From the NCBI GenBank assembly GCA_963737655.1, contig CAVTTN010000002.1, positions 6,816,001 to 6,880,000 on the forward strand: 64,000 nucleotides of DNA, given 5' to 3'. Under the pieces are notes generated by a model. That model made no database searches and was not told the origin of the DNA. It saw only the letters and a list, made by a program, of their open reading frames with translations. Each line of letters starts with the position of its first letter. Position 1 is the first letter of the stretch. Positions 31,542-40,734 of the stretch are shown here, one piece after another. The DNA comes from an uncultured Planctomycetota bacterium. Its GTDB lineage: Bacteria; Planctomycetota; Planctomycetia; Isosphaerales; Isosphaeraceae. The translations under genes were made by a program, and so were the position numbers.

Positions 31542-33176
31542 TCACGATCCGGGACGAGGCCGATGGCGGAAGGCGCGGAGAGGCCCGTCGGCGAAGACGG
31601 GCCGGGGGTCGAACCAGCGGGCGTTCTCGGCGGAGAGGGCCGGGTCGGGCTCTCCCCAGACGAGGAGGACGTCGATCTCGTCGTGATGGGCGTCCAGCAG
31701 GGCCTTCCAGGCCGAGGCGCGGGCGGTCGCGTCGGCCGGGGCGTCGCGGATCGCGATCGCCTCGAACGCCTCGGCCGGAGGGTGGGGCAGGCCCGGCCGG
31801 ACCTGGACCGGGAAATAATAGTGGGCCGTCTCGTAGTTCGACCACACGACGTGCCCCGTCGTGCCCAGGCCGGCGAGGTTGTCGGCGTGGAGGACCGGGT
31901 TGGCCCGGAATTTCCCTCGGATGTTCACGAGTAACGTGCCCACCCTCTGCCCCCGACCGATCGCCGGGCCGACCCTAAGGAACGGCGAGACTCGGCGGTC
32001 GGATTCCCGGGCGTAATCCCAGACGCTCAGGCTCTGCAGGAGCAGCGCGGCGACCAGCAAGCCCGAGGCGAGCTTGCCGGCGGCCCGCGAGAGGTCCAGG
32101 ACGATCACCGAGGCCAGGGCCATCAGGCCGATCAGGACGACCCGTTGCGGCAGGTAATTGCCGTGGGCCGGGCCCAGGGTGTCGGGCGTGAGGGCTCCCC
32201 CGACGATCAGGAGGCCCGCCAGGACCGCCCAGCCGAGGCGATCTCGGGGGACCTTCCGGACCGTCGCCACGATCGCCACGACGACCGCCGAGGCCGCCAG
32301 GCCCGAGGGCGACACCAGCCCGAGCCACGCCGATTCGGCCGAGAGGAACGGCGGGACGCCCTTCTTGCCCAGGCTGATCGGGTCGACCCAGCCGAGCTGG
32401 CCCTTCCACGAGGAAAGCGCCAGGGGGGCGGCCTCCAGCTCCCCCCAGATCGGCCTCATCGCGCCGCCTCGGCTCATGAATCCTCGATAGATCGGGCCCA
32501 GGACGAGCAGGGGGGCCAGGCCGAGCAAGGTCCAGCCCGCCCGGGCGACCCGGGACGGGCCGGGCGTGATCGCGGCCAGGACCATCACGCCGAGGACCGT
32601 CAGGCCGAGGCTCACGAGATGGGCGAAATATCCCAGGACCACGAGCCCGGCCAGCCCGCAGGCCAGCTTCGGCCCCGGGCGGTCGCGAAAGGCCCACCAC
32701 AGGCCCAGCGTCGGCGGGAACAGCGAGGCGCCGAGGAGGAACCCCCAGAAGCCGAACGACCACGCCACGTTCAGCCCCACCAGCGCCGCCAGGGGGACCG
32801 CGGCGGCGATCCCGCGATCGCCGACGACCCGGAGGCGGAGCCCCAGCGTCGCGACCGCCGGGGCGATCAGCGAGAGCGAGACCATCGCCCGTTCGGCGAA
32901 CCGGATCGGCAAGAGGCCGATCGCGGCGAGGGCGGCGAGGTGCCCGGCCCAGTTCGGCAAGGGTTCCAGGCGGACCGAGAACGTCGAGGAGAGCGGGCCG
33001 GCTCGCCACCAGTCGGCCAGAACCTGAGCATTATAAAGGTGGGCCGGGCCGTCCTGGGTCGCGAACGCCGGCGCGGACCAGACCGCCAAAAGCGACGGCG
33101 CCAGGGCCAGGAAGAGCAGGGCCCAGGCCGTCCGGACGGCCCTGGGGTCGGTCTCGGCTCGGGTCGGGACGTCCAT
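31542..33176 (-). CDS. Polytopic membrane protein, possible GT-C glycosyltransferase
   Basis: QDGPAHLYNA loop, many TM segments, NYET..YFPV. Confidence 0.7.
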   Translation of the reverse strand: MDVPTRAETDPRAVRTAWALLFLALAPSLLAVWSAPAFATQDGPAHLYNAQVLADWWRAGPLSSTFSVRLEPLPNWAGHLAALAAIGLLPIRFAERAMVSLSLIAPAVATLGLRLRVVGDRGIAAAVPLAALVGLNVAWSFGFWGFLLGASLFPPTLGLWWAFRDRPGPKLACGLAGLVVLGYFAHLVSLGLTVLGVMVLAAITPGPSRVARAGWTLLGLAPLLVLGPIYRGFMSRGGAMRPIWGELEAAPLALSSWKGQLGWVDPISLGKKGVPPFLSAESAWLGLVSPSGLAASAVVVAIVATVRKVPRDRLGWAVLAGLLIVGGALTPDTLGPAHGNYLPQRVVLIGLMALASVIVLDLSRAAGKLASGLLVAALLLQSLSVWDYARESDRRVSPFLRVGPAIGRGQRVGTLLVNIRGKFRANPVLHADNLAGLGTTGHVVWSNYETAHYYFPVQVRPGLPHPPAEAFEAIAIRDAPADATARASAWKALLDAHHDEIDVLLVWGEPDPALSAENARWFDPRPVFADGPLRAFRHRPRPGS

Positions 33177-33531
33177 GAGCGACGGTCAGGCGCCTCCGGC
33201 GAGGTCCGAAGGGAAAAAGGTCGGGGACAGGGGCCAACCCGACCCCTTCCGACGCCCAGAGGGCCTCGGAAGGGGCCGGGTTCGGGTGCGTAACAACCGG
33301 ACGGACGCCCGTCGAAGAAGCCGCCCCCGGCGTCCCGGAGACGGTGGGTCGGGTCGCAGCCGCTGGTGCGCGGCAAGGTCCTAAATCACGCGGTGACGAC
33401 CGACATCGGGCAACCACGGCCCGATCTGGCGATGCAATCACTATAGCCGATCCCCAACCGCCCTGCTCGGGAATTCTCCCAGGACCCAGGGCCGTTTCCC
33501 TCTCGGTGGACGAATCTTCCGAAGGAGTTTG

Positions 33532-33603
33532 GGTGGCACGGGATCCGTCCTCGAGACCCGTGGGCCGTCCCTCACGGGTCCCGAGGACGGATCCCGTGCC
33601 GCC
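33532..33603. repeat. 33-bp inverted repeat (GGTGGCACGGG-type), 3 mismatches, 6-nt loop
   Basis: GGTGGCACGGGATCCGTCCTCGAGACCCGTGGG / CTCACGGGTCCCGAGGACGGATCCCGTGCCGCC. Confidence 0.88.
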
Positions 33604-33824
33604 TACAATGCTTCCGGCCGAAACTTCTCGGAGAAGGAAACGGCCCGGACAACCGGCCTCTCAACTGACATTTTCGGGGCTCGGTGGTAAACTCGGGAGG
33701 GTGGGGTCGTCCCCGGACGATCCTTTCCTCCGTGAGTGAGCGATTTCGCCCTTCCGCTCCCGCCGGCGGGGGTGGCGACCCGATCGAAACGACCGGACTG
33801 GTCCGGACCGGAAGGGGGCAGACG

Positions 33825-36479
33825 ATGGCCCGACGACTCATTGCCCCGGCCTTGCCGTCCTGGGTGGGAGACTTGCCCGTCTTCGAACGGGCCCTGGGCA
33901 ACGGCCTGAAGGCCCTGGCCCTCCCTCGGCCCCATTCGCCGGTCGTCGTGTGCGACCTGTATTACCCCGTGGGCTCGGTCGATGAGCCTCCGGGCAAGAC
34001 CGGCCTGGCCCATTTCGTCGAGCACATGCTCTTCAAGGGCACCGCCCGGTTCCCCAAGGGGCAGATTGACCGCCTCGCGTTCCTCGCCGCCGGGCAGTCC
34101 AACGCCGAGACCGGCGAGGACCTCACCCATTACTGGTTCGCCTTCCCGGCCGATCGCTGGGAGGTGGCCCTGGCCATCGAGGCCGACCGGATGCGAGGCG
34201 CCGGCTTCGACCCCGCCGAGGTCGAGGCCGAGCGCCGGGTGATCGTCGAGGAACGGTCCCGGGAGCTCGATTCCCCGCTCGGGCGGCTCGACCAGCACCA
34301 CCTGGCCACCAGCTACCAGACCCACCCCTACCGCAACCCGATCCTGGGATGGCCGGACGACTTGCGGAAGACGACGGTCGAGGATTTGACCCGGTTCTAT
34401 CGCGATTACTACCGGCCCGACGGCGCGGTGGTCGTCGTCGTCGGCGGGATCGACCCGGAGAAGGCCCTGGACCGCGTCGAGGCCCATTTCGGCCGGCTCG
34501 CCCGGGGCCAGACGCCTCGACCGGCCCCCCCTCCGAGCGAGCCCCGGCAGAACGGCCGCCGCGAATTCGTCCTGATGGAGCCCGATTCGGTCGCCCGCGG
34601 TTTGTTTGGCTGGCATTCGACCCCCAGAGGGCATGCCGACGGCCCCCCTCTGGACGTCCTGTCCGACCTCTTGACCTGCGGCCGACGCTCGCGGTTGTGG
34701 GATCGCCTGGTCGAGCGAGACCGCCTGGCGACCTGGGTGGAGGCGGCGCAGGAGCCGTCCCGGCAAGCCGGGCAATTTCTGATCCAGGTCGAGGCCGCGC
34801 CGGGCGTCGATCCGAAGCGTCTGGAAGCCGCCATCCTCGCCGAGATCGCCGAGATCGTCGCCACCGGTCCGACCCCCGAGGAGCTCGTCCGCTCGCGAAA
34901 CCGCCTGGAAGCGGCCTGGCGATGGGAGCAGGAAGACGTGTTCGGCCTGGCCTCGGGCCTGGGGCACGTGGCGCTCTGGGACGACTGGCGGGCCTGGCAG
35001 GCGGAGCATCGGGCCGCCCTCGCGGTCTCGGCCGAGAGCGTCCGCCGGGTCGCCTCGGCGTACCTGGTCGAATCGGGGCTGACGCTGGGATGGTCGTTGC
35101 CCAAGGGGTCGAGGACGGTCGTCGAGCGGGTCGCTCCTCCGCTCCCGCCCGGCCCGAGCCGCGAATCCGCCCCGCCGGCCCCGGATCGGCCGATCGCCGT
35201 GGCGTTGCCCTCGGGAGGCTCGACGCTGGCCGACTTCCAGCCCTCGAAATCCGTTCTGCCCAACGGCTTGCGCCTGCTGACCGAGACCCGGCCGGGCACC
35301 GGGATCGTCGCTTTGGACCTGTACGTGGACGCCGGCTCCCTCCGGGAGTCCAAGCCCGGCCTCGCCCACCTGACCGGCCGGCTCCGCGAGGAGGGGACCC
35401 GGCGGCGATCGGCCGAGGAGATCGCCTCGGCGATCGAGGACGTGGGCGGGACGCTCGACGTCGGCTCGACGGGCGCCTCGCTGCGGGTCCGGGCCGAAGA
35501 CCTGGACCTGGCGATGGACCTCCTGGCCGACGTGACGCTCCGGCCCGCGTTCCCGGCCGACGCCGTGTCCTGGACCCGGAGGCGGATCGCCTCGGAGCGC
35601 CGGGCCGATCGCGACGACCCGTCCTATCGCGCCGAAGAACGGTTCCGGGCCTTGATTTACGGCGATCACCCCTACGGCCGGGATTTCCGGGGGTCGGCCC
35701 GGACGCTGTCGGGGATCACCCTGGAGGACGTCCGCGGCCACCACGACCGCTTCTTCGCCGCCGATAACGCGATCCTGGTGGCGGTCGGCGATTTCGACCC
35801 GAAGGCCCTGGACGGCCTGACCCACCGCCTCCTCGGTCGCTGGAAGCCGCGAGGCCCGCTGCCGCCCGCGCCTCGAGTCCCGGCCCGACCGGGCCGGAGG
35901 GTCTCGCGGAGGGTGGCGGCGACGGGCGAGCAGGTCCATATTTTGATCGGTCACCTCGGGATCACCCGGACCGACCCGGACCATGATGCGTTGATGGTCC
36001 TGGACCACATCCTGGGCAGCGGGCCCGGGTTCACCGATCGGCTCAGCCGCATCCTTCGGGACGAGATGGGCCTGGCCTACAGCGTCGGCGGAGGGATGAC
36101 CGACTCGGCCGACCTCATCCCCGGCCTCCTGAGGATCTACCTCGGAACCGCCCCGGCCGAGGCCGACCGCGCGGTCAAGGCGGCGGTCGCCCAGATCGAG
36201 GCGATCCACCGGGGCGAGTTCTCCGACGAGGAGGTCGATCGGGCCCGCCGCTACCTCGCCGGCTCCTGGGTCTTCGACTTCCAGACCGTCGGCCAGAGGG
36301 CCGAACGGCTCCTGGAGCTCGAACGCTGGGGCCTGCCCCTGGACGACCCGCTCGGCCTGCCCGGCCGGATGGCCGCCATCACCACCGAGCAGGTCCGCCA
36401 GGCCGCCCGCCGCCACATCGACCCGCGATCGCTCGTGAGGGTCGAGTACGGGCCGATCGTCCGCCGGCGGTCCTCCTGA
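33825..36479 (+). CDS. M16 (pitrilysin) family zinc peptidase, two-lobed
   Basis: GLAHFVEHMLFKG (HxxEH); second inactive lobe LPNGL...LREEGT; RDEMGLAYSV. Confidence 0.94.
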   Translation: MARRLIAPALPSWVGDLPVFERALGNGLKALALPRPHSPVVVCDLYYPVGSVDEPPGKTGLAHFVEHMLFKGTARFPKGQIDRLAFLAAGQSNAETGEDLTHYWFAFPADRWEVALAIEADRMRGAGFDPAEVEAERRVIVEERSRELDSPLGRLDQHHLATSYQTHPYRNPILGWPDDLRKTTVEDLTRFYRDYYRPDGAVVVVVGGIDPEKALDRVEAHFGRLARGQTPRPAPPPSEPRQNGRREFVLMEPDSVARGLFGWHSTPRGHADGPPLDVLSDLLTCGRRSRLWDRLVERDRLATWVEAAQEPSRQAGQFLIQVEAAPGVDPKRLEAAILAEIAEIVATGPTPEELVRSRNRLEAAWRWEQEDVFGLASGLGHVALWDDWRAWQAEHRAALAVSAESVRRVASAYLVESGLTLGWSLPKGSRTVVERVAPPLPPGPSRESAPPAPDRPIAVALPSGGSTLADFQPSKSVLPNGLRLLTETRPGTGIVALDLYVDAGSLRESKPGLAHLTGRLREEGTRRRSAEEIASAIEDVGGTLDVGSTGASLRVRAEDLDLAMDLLADVTLRPAFPADAVSWTRRRIASERRADRDDPSYRAEERFRALIYGDHPYGRDFRGSARTLSGITLEDVRGHHDRFFAADNAILVAVGDFDPKALDGLTHRLLGRWKPRGPLPPAPRVPARPGRRVSRRVAATGEQVHILIGHLGITRTDPDHDALMVLDHILGSGPGFTDRLSRILRDEMGLAYSVGGGMTDSADLIPGLLRIYLGTAPAEADRAVKAAVAQIEAIHRGEFSDEEVDRARRYLAGSWVFDFQTVGQRAERLLELERWGLPLDDPLGLPGRMAAITTEQVRQAARRHIDPRSLVRVEYGPIVRRRSS

Positions 36480-36575
36480 TATTTTGTCCAGGTTTTTGCT
36501 GGACCCGGGCCGGTCGTCGCGTTATTCTCCCATTTCGAGGGAACGATCGGCCCACGGACGACCGGAGGCAAGGCG

Positions 36576-37469
36576 ATGGCCCGCGTCGAATCGATCGAGG
36601 AAGCCGCCTATCCCGACGCCTCGGAGCTGATCTCGGAGGACGGCATCCCCTTGGAGACGCCCTGGCACCGGGCCGAGATCGGCGTGTTGATCGATTCCCT
36701 GGCCTACCACTGGCGGGACCGCGACGATTTCTACGTCGGCGGCAACATGTTCATCTATTTCAGCGCCGAACAGGCGAGGAACCGCGACTATCGGGGGCCG
36801 GACTTCTTCTTCGTGGACGGCGTCCGCCGCCGGCCCCCTCGGCCGTACTGGGCCGTGTGGCTGGAAGGGTTCAAATTCCCCGATCTGATCATCGAATTGA
36901 CCTCGCCCAGCACCGCCCGGGAGGACCGAACGACCAAGAAAGACCTCTATGAGAGGACGTTCCAGACCCGGGAGTACATTCTCCTCGATCCCGACGACCG
37001 CCGGACCGAGGGCTGGAGGCTCGACGAGGAGGGGCATTATCAACCGATCCCGCTCGACGCCCGAGGGCGGCTCTGGTGCGAGACGGTCGGCTTCTACCTC
37101 GGCCCGTGGGAGGGCCCTTACGGCGAATTCGACGAGCCCGCGTCCTTCCACCGCTTCTTCACCCCGAGAGGGGACCTGATCCTCCTGCCCGGGGAGGCCG
37201 AACGAGTTCGAGCCGACGAGGAACGGAACCGCGCCGACGAGGCGAGCCTCCGCGCCGACGAAGCGAGCCTCCGCGCCAATGAAGCGAGCCTTCGAGCCGA
37301 CGAGGCAAGCCTCCGCGCCGACGAAGCGAGCCTTCGGGTCGAGGAGGCGCGTCTCCGCGCCGAGGAGGCCGTCGCCCGTGCCGAGGCCGAGCGCCAGCGG
37401 GCCGACGCTTCGGCCGAGGAAGCGGCGAGGCTTCGGGCGTTGCTGGCCGAGCTTCAGGGGCGTCAGTAG
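36576..37469 (+). CDS. Uma2-family endonuclease with heptad-repeat coiled-coil tail
   Basis: LETPWH, GNMFIYF, GPDFFFV, PDLIIELTSPST..ED..KK.LYE, REY. Confidence 0.92.
   Translation: MARVESIEEAAYPDASELISEDGIPLETPWHRAEIGVLIDSLAYHWRDRDDFYVGGNMFIYFSAEQARNRDYRGPDFFFVDGVRRRPPRPYWAVWLEGFKFPDLIIELTSPSTAREDRTTKKDLYERTFQTREYILLDPDDRRTEGWRLDEEGHYQPIPLDARGRLWCETVGFYLGPWEGPYGEFDEPASFHRFFTPRGDLILLPGEAERVRADEERNRADEASLRADEASLRANEASLRADEASLRADEASLRVEEARLRAEEAVARAEAERQRADASAEEAARLRALLAELQGRQ
37209..37376 (+). repeat. In-frame 21-bp tandem repeat (RADEASL), 5 near-perfect + 3 degenerate units
   Basis: CGCGCCGACGAGGCGAGCCTC-like units at 37230, 37251, 37272, 37293, 37314. Confidence 0.9.
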
Positions 37470-38470
37470 GCCCGGCGGACCACGTAGGCCGTCAGGGCCT
37501 GGAGGACCTGCCGGGCCTGCGAGTCGGGCAGTCCGTCCAGCGCCCTCCGGGCCGATTCGGCGAACTCCCCGGCGCGGTCCCAGGCGTATTGCAGGGCCCC
37601 GGAGTCTTCCAGGAGGGGGCGGAGGGCCCGTCGGGCGTCGGTCCCGGGGTGGCCGAGCAGGTCGCGGATCCGCTCCGCCTCGGCGGGCCGGGCCGTGGCG
37701 AGGAGGCGAATCAAGGGGAGAGTGAGCTTTTGCTTCTCCAGGTCGGTGCCGAGCGTCTTGCCCGTGGTCCTCTCCTCGCCCCAGAGGTCCAGGACGTCGT
37801 CGGCGATCTGGAACGCCACGCCGAGGTCACGCCCGAAGCCGTCCATCGCCTCGACGACCTCGGCCGAGGCCCCCGCGTAGTGCGCCCCGAGCCGGCAGGA
37901 GACCGCCGTGAGCTCGGCCGTCTTCCCCCGGACGATCTCGTAATACGAATCCTCGTCCAGGTCGAGATTGCCCCGGTTGTGCACCTGCTGCATCTCGCCT
38001 TCGCACACCAGGTTCGTCGCCCGGCCGATCAGCCGGCAGGCCAGGGTGGTCTCCAGGCTGGCGGCGAGGTGGAATGCGTGAGTGAACAGGTAATCGCCGA
38101 TCAGCACGGCCGACTCGTTCCCCCATTCGGCGTTGACCGTCGCGGCGTGGCGGCGGACCAGGGCCTCGTCGAGGATGTCGTCGTGGACCAGGGTCGCGGT
38201 GTGGATCATCTCGACCACGGCGGCCAGGACCGGATGCTCGTCGCGGATGCCTCCGCAGGCCTTCGCCGTCAGCAGGAGGAGGGCCGGCCGGAGCCTCTTG
38301 CCCTGGAGCTCCGAGCAGTGCTCGACCAGCCGGGCCACATACGGCGATCGGCTGGCCAGCTCGGTCGCGTAGATCCGATCGGCCTCGGCCAGCTCGGCGG
38401 CGATCGGCGCGTAGGCGTCGGCCAGCCGTCGGCGGGCGTCCTCGGGCTTCCTCAGGACCGTCAGGCTCAT
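37463..38470 (-). CDS. ispB: Polyprenyl (octaprenyl-type) diphosphate synthase
   Basis: [44 protein letters not shown]. Confidence 0.9.
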   Translation of the reverse strand: MSLTVLRKPEDARRRLADAYAPIAAELAEADRIYATELASRSPYVARLVEHCSELQGKRLRPALLLLTAKACGGIRDEHPVLAAVVEMIHTATLVHDDILDEALVRRHAATVNAEWGNESAVLIGDYLFTHAFHLAASLETTLACRLIGRATNLVCEGEMQQVHNRGNLDLDEDSYYEIVRGKTAELTAVSCRLGAHYAGASAEVVEAMDGFGRDLGVAFQIADDVLDLWGEERTTGKTLGTDLEKQKLTLPLIRLLATARPAEAERIRDLLGHPGTDARRALRPLLEDSGALQYAWDRAGEFAESARRALDGLPDSQARQVLQALTAYVVRRAY

Positions 38471-39000
38471 CCGTCGGCTCCCCCGGGATTCGGTGACGAG
38501 GCCGGGGGCGACGGGCCGCCGTCCGAGTCGCCTCGGAGATACGTCCCGCTCCGGCCCCCGGTCTTCTCTTCGAGCCTCACGCCGTCGATCGTCATCCCGC
38601 GATCGACGGCCTTCGCCATGTCATAGACGGTCAGCGCGGCCACCGCCGCGGCGGTGAGCGCCTCCATCTCCACGCCGGTCCGTCCCCGGGTCCGGGCCCG
38701 GGCCTCGATCCCCAGGGTCGAGGCGTCGAGGAACGAGAACCCGACCTCCACCGCGTCCAGCCCCAGCGGGTGGCACAACGGGATCAGGTCGGCGGTCTTC
38801 TTGGCCGCCATGATCCCGGCGATCCTCGCGACCTCGAAGACGTCCCCCTTGGCCAATCCCCGATCGCGGATCAGCGCCAGGGTCTCCGGCCTCATCCGGA
38901 CCAGGGCCGACGCCCGGGCCGTCCTCTCCGTCGCCTCCTTGCCCGAGACGTCCACCATCCGGCTCGCCCCGAGTTCATCGAAATGGGTCAGGCCGGCCAT
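38467..39000 (-). CDS. moaC: Cyclic pyranopterin monophosphate synthase
   Basis: [45 protein letters not shown]. Confidence 0.96.
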   Translation of the reverse strand: MAGLTHFDELGASRMVDVSGKEATERTARASALVRMRPETLALIRDRGLAKGDVFEVARIAGIMAAKKTADLIPLCHPLGLDAVEVGFSFLDASTLGIEARARTRGRTGVEMEALTAAAVAALTVYDMAKAVDRGMTIDGVRLEEKTGGRSGTYLRGDSDGGPSPPASSPNPGGADG

Positions 39001-39101
39001 GACGGGTCTTCCCGTGACGTTCAATTCATTCTGAACGAATTGTAGGCCGATCGCCCGGGAGTTTCAATCTCGGTTGAAAGATTTTTCCGGGCCCATTCCG
39101 T

Positions 39102-40709
39102 TCACCTCCGCCAGAGGCCCGAGAGCCAGACGCCCTGCCGCGATCGGACGAAGGCCGGCGGTCGCGAGGCCAGGGCGCGCATCTCGGGCGTCCAGTACGC
39201 GTCCCGGCGGTAGAGGACGACCCATTCGGAGCGGTCCAGGGCCTCCTGATCGTCCAGCGCCACGGGTTTTTGCGCCATCTTGCGGGTGGTCATCGCCCGG
39301 CCCTGCTCGGGGACGAGCGTCGGGGCCAGGGCGCACGGCGATCCGGCCTGCGCCTCCCGGGCGAGGCGATCCAGGAGGACGCGATCGACCGAATCGCCCC
39401 AGTACGTCAGCTCCAGGCCGAGTTTCTCGGCGCCGGGCAGACCTCCGACGAGGACGTTGTAATAGCTCAGCCCGAACGGGTGGATCGTCACCACGCCGAC
39501 GGCCTGGAAGAGCGTGGCCGCCACGAGCGCCGCTTTCCAGGTCGGTCGATTCGTCAGGTCGTCCCAGACCGCCGCGAATCCTCGGCCGACGAGCAGGGCG
39601 AGCAGGGGAAACGCCGGCAGGAACAGCCTCTCGCCGTCGTAAATCGGCACCTTCGTGCTGAACAGGACGAGCCAGCCGACGATCGTGCCCAGGAGGAGCA
39701 GGCCGAACGGGTCGTCCCGGCGGTCGCGGACGCCCCGAGACGCGCCGATCCCGCCCAGGATCAGCAGGCCGACGGGCACCGTCGCCCCGAAATAGACCCA
39801 CGGGTAATGCCAGGGGACCTCGCGATCGGCATAAATCGAGCCGAAATAGAGGACGCGGATCGGGTCCCGGCGGACGCCCGTCGCCAGATATGCGGAGAGC
39901 CGGTCCCACGAGTCGTACCAGAGCCACGGCCATCCGGCGAAGAAGACGGCCAGGCCGACCAGCCCCCACAAGGCCATCGCCGGGATCGCCCGGCGGATCG
40001 GCAATCGCACGAGGACCCACGCGAGGACGACCGGAGGCAGGAGCCATCCGTGGATCTTGGTCAGCAGGGCCAATCCCCAGAAAACGCCCGAGAACGCCAT
40101 CGCCAGGGCTGGCCTCGGCGAGTCGGCCGCCTCCACCGCCTTGAGCAGGGCGAGCGTCCAGAACAGGGCCACGAACGTATCCAGGGCCCCGAGATGCGCA
40201 TGGGCGAACGCCCGGGGCATGACCGCCAGCGAAAAACCCGCCACGACCGCCGCGCCCGGGCCATATCGACGCCCGGCCGCCGCCGAGACCAGCCCCACCA
40301 GCGCCGCGAAGCAGACGGCCGGCGCGACCCGGGCCGAGAGCAGATAACTCTCGGGCCGGACCGGATCGCGACCGAGGAAAATCGTCTCGACCGGCTCGCC
40401 CAGGGTCGAGGCGATCCCCAGGAGCCATCGGCCCAGGGGGGGATGCTCCTTGTTGTGGAGGAACACGCGATCGACCGTCTTCCGGTCGAAGAACCCGATC
40501 CCCCGGGCCCGCAAGGTCTGAACATATTCGCGACCGGGGCGAACGTCGAGCCGTTCATCCATCGTCTGGCCGGGGTCGCCGAGCGTCAGGAGGACGCTCA
40601 GCCCCGACCCGAAGGCCAGGGCCAGGGCGATCCGGCCGACGGTCCAGAAGGATGGACGGCCCGGGGGGAACCGGGGAGGCAGGGGGATCGTCGTCGAGGC
40701 GTCCCCCAT
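39102..40709 (-). CDS. ArnT/GT39-like membrane glycosyltransferase
   Basis: TMDE, EHPPLG, LALLTK, YDGER, HPFGLSYYN, TYWGD. Confidence 0.85.
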   Translation of the reverse strand: MGDASTTIPLPPRFPPGRPSFWTVGRIALALAFGSGLSVLLTLGDPGQTMDERLDVRPGREYVQTLRARGIGFFDRKTVDRVFLHNKEHPPLGRWLLGIASTLGEPVETIFLGRDPVRPESYLLSARVAPAVCFAALVGLVSAAAGRRYGPGAAVVAGFSLAVMPRAFAHAHLGALDTFVALFWTLALLKAVEAADSPRPALAMAFSGVFWGLALLTKIHGWLLPPVVLAWVLVRLPIRRAIPAMALWGLVGLAVFFAGWPWLWYDSWDRLSAYLATGVRRDPIRVLYFGSIYADREVPWHYPWVYFGATVPVGLLILGGIGASRGVRDRRDDPFGLLLLGTIVGWLVLFSTKVPIYDGERLFLPAFPLLALLVGRGFAAVWDDLTNRPTWKAALVAATLFQAVGVVTIHPFGLSYYNVLVGGLPGAEKLGLELTYWGDSVDRVLLDRLAREAQAGSPCALAPTLVPEQGRAMTTRKMAQKPVALDDQEALDRSEWVVLYRRDAYWTPEMRALASRPPAFVRSRQGVWLSGLWRR

Positions 40710-40734
40710 GATCGTCGCGGCCCTCCCCGGACCG

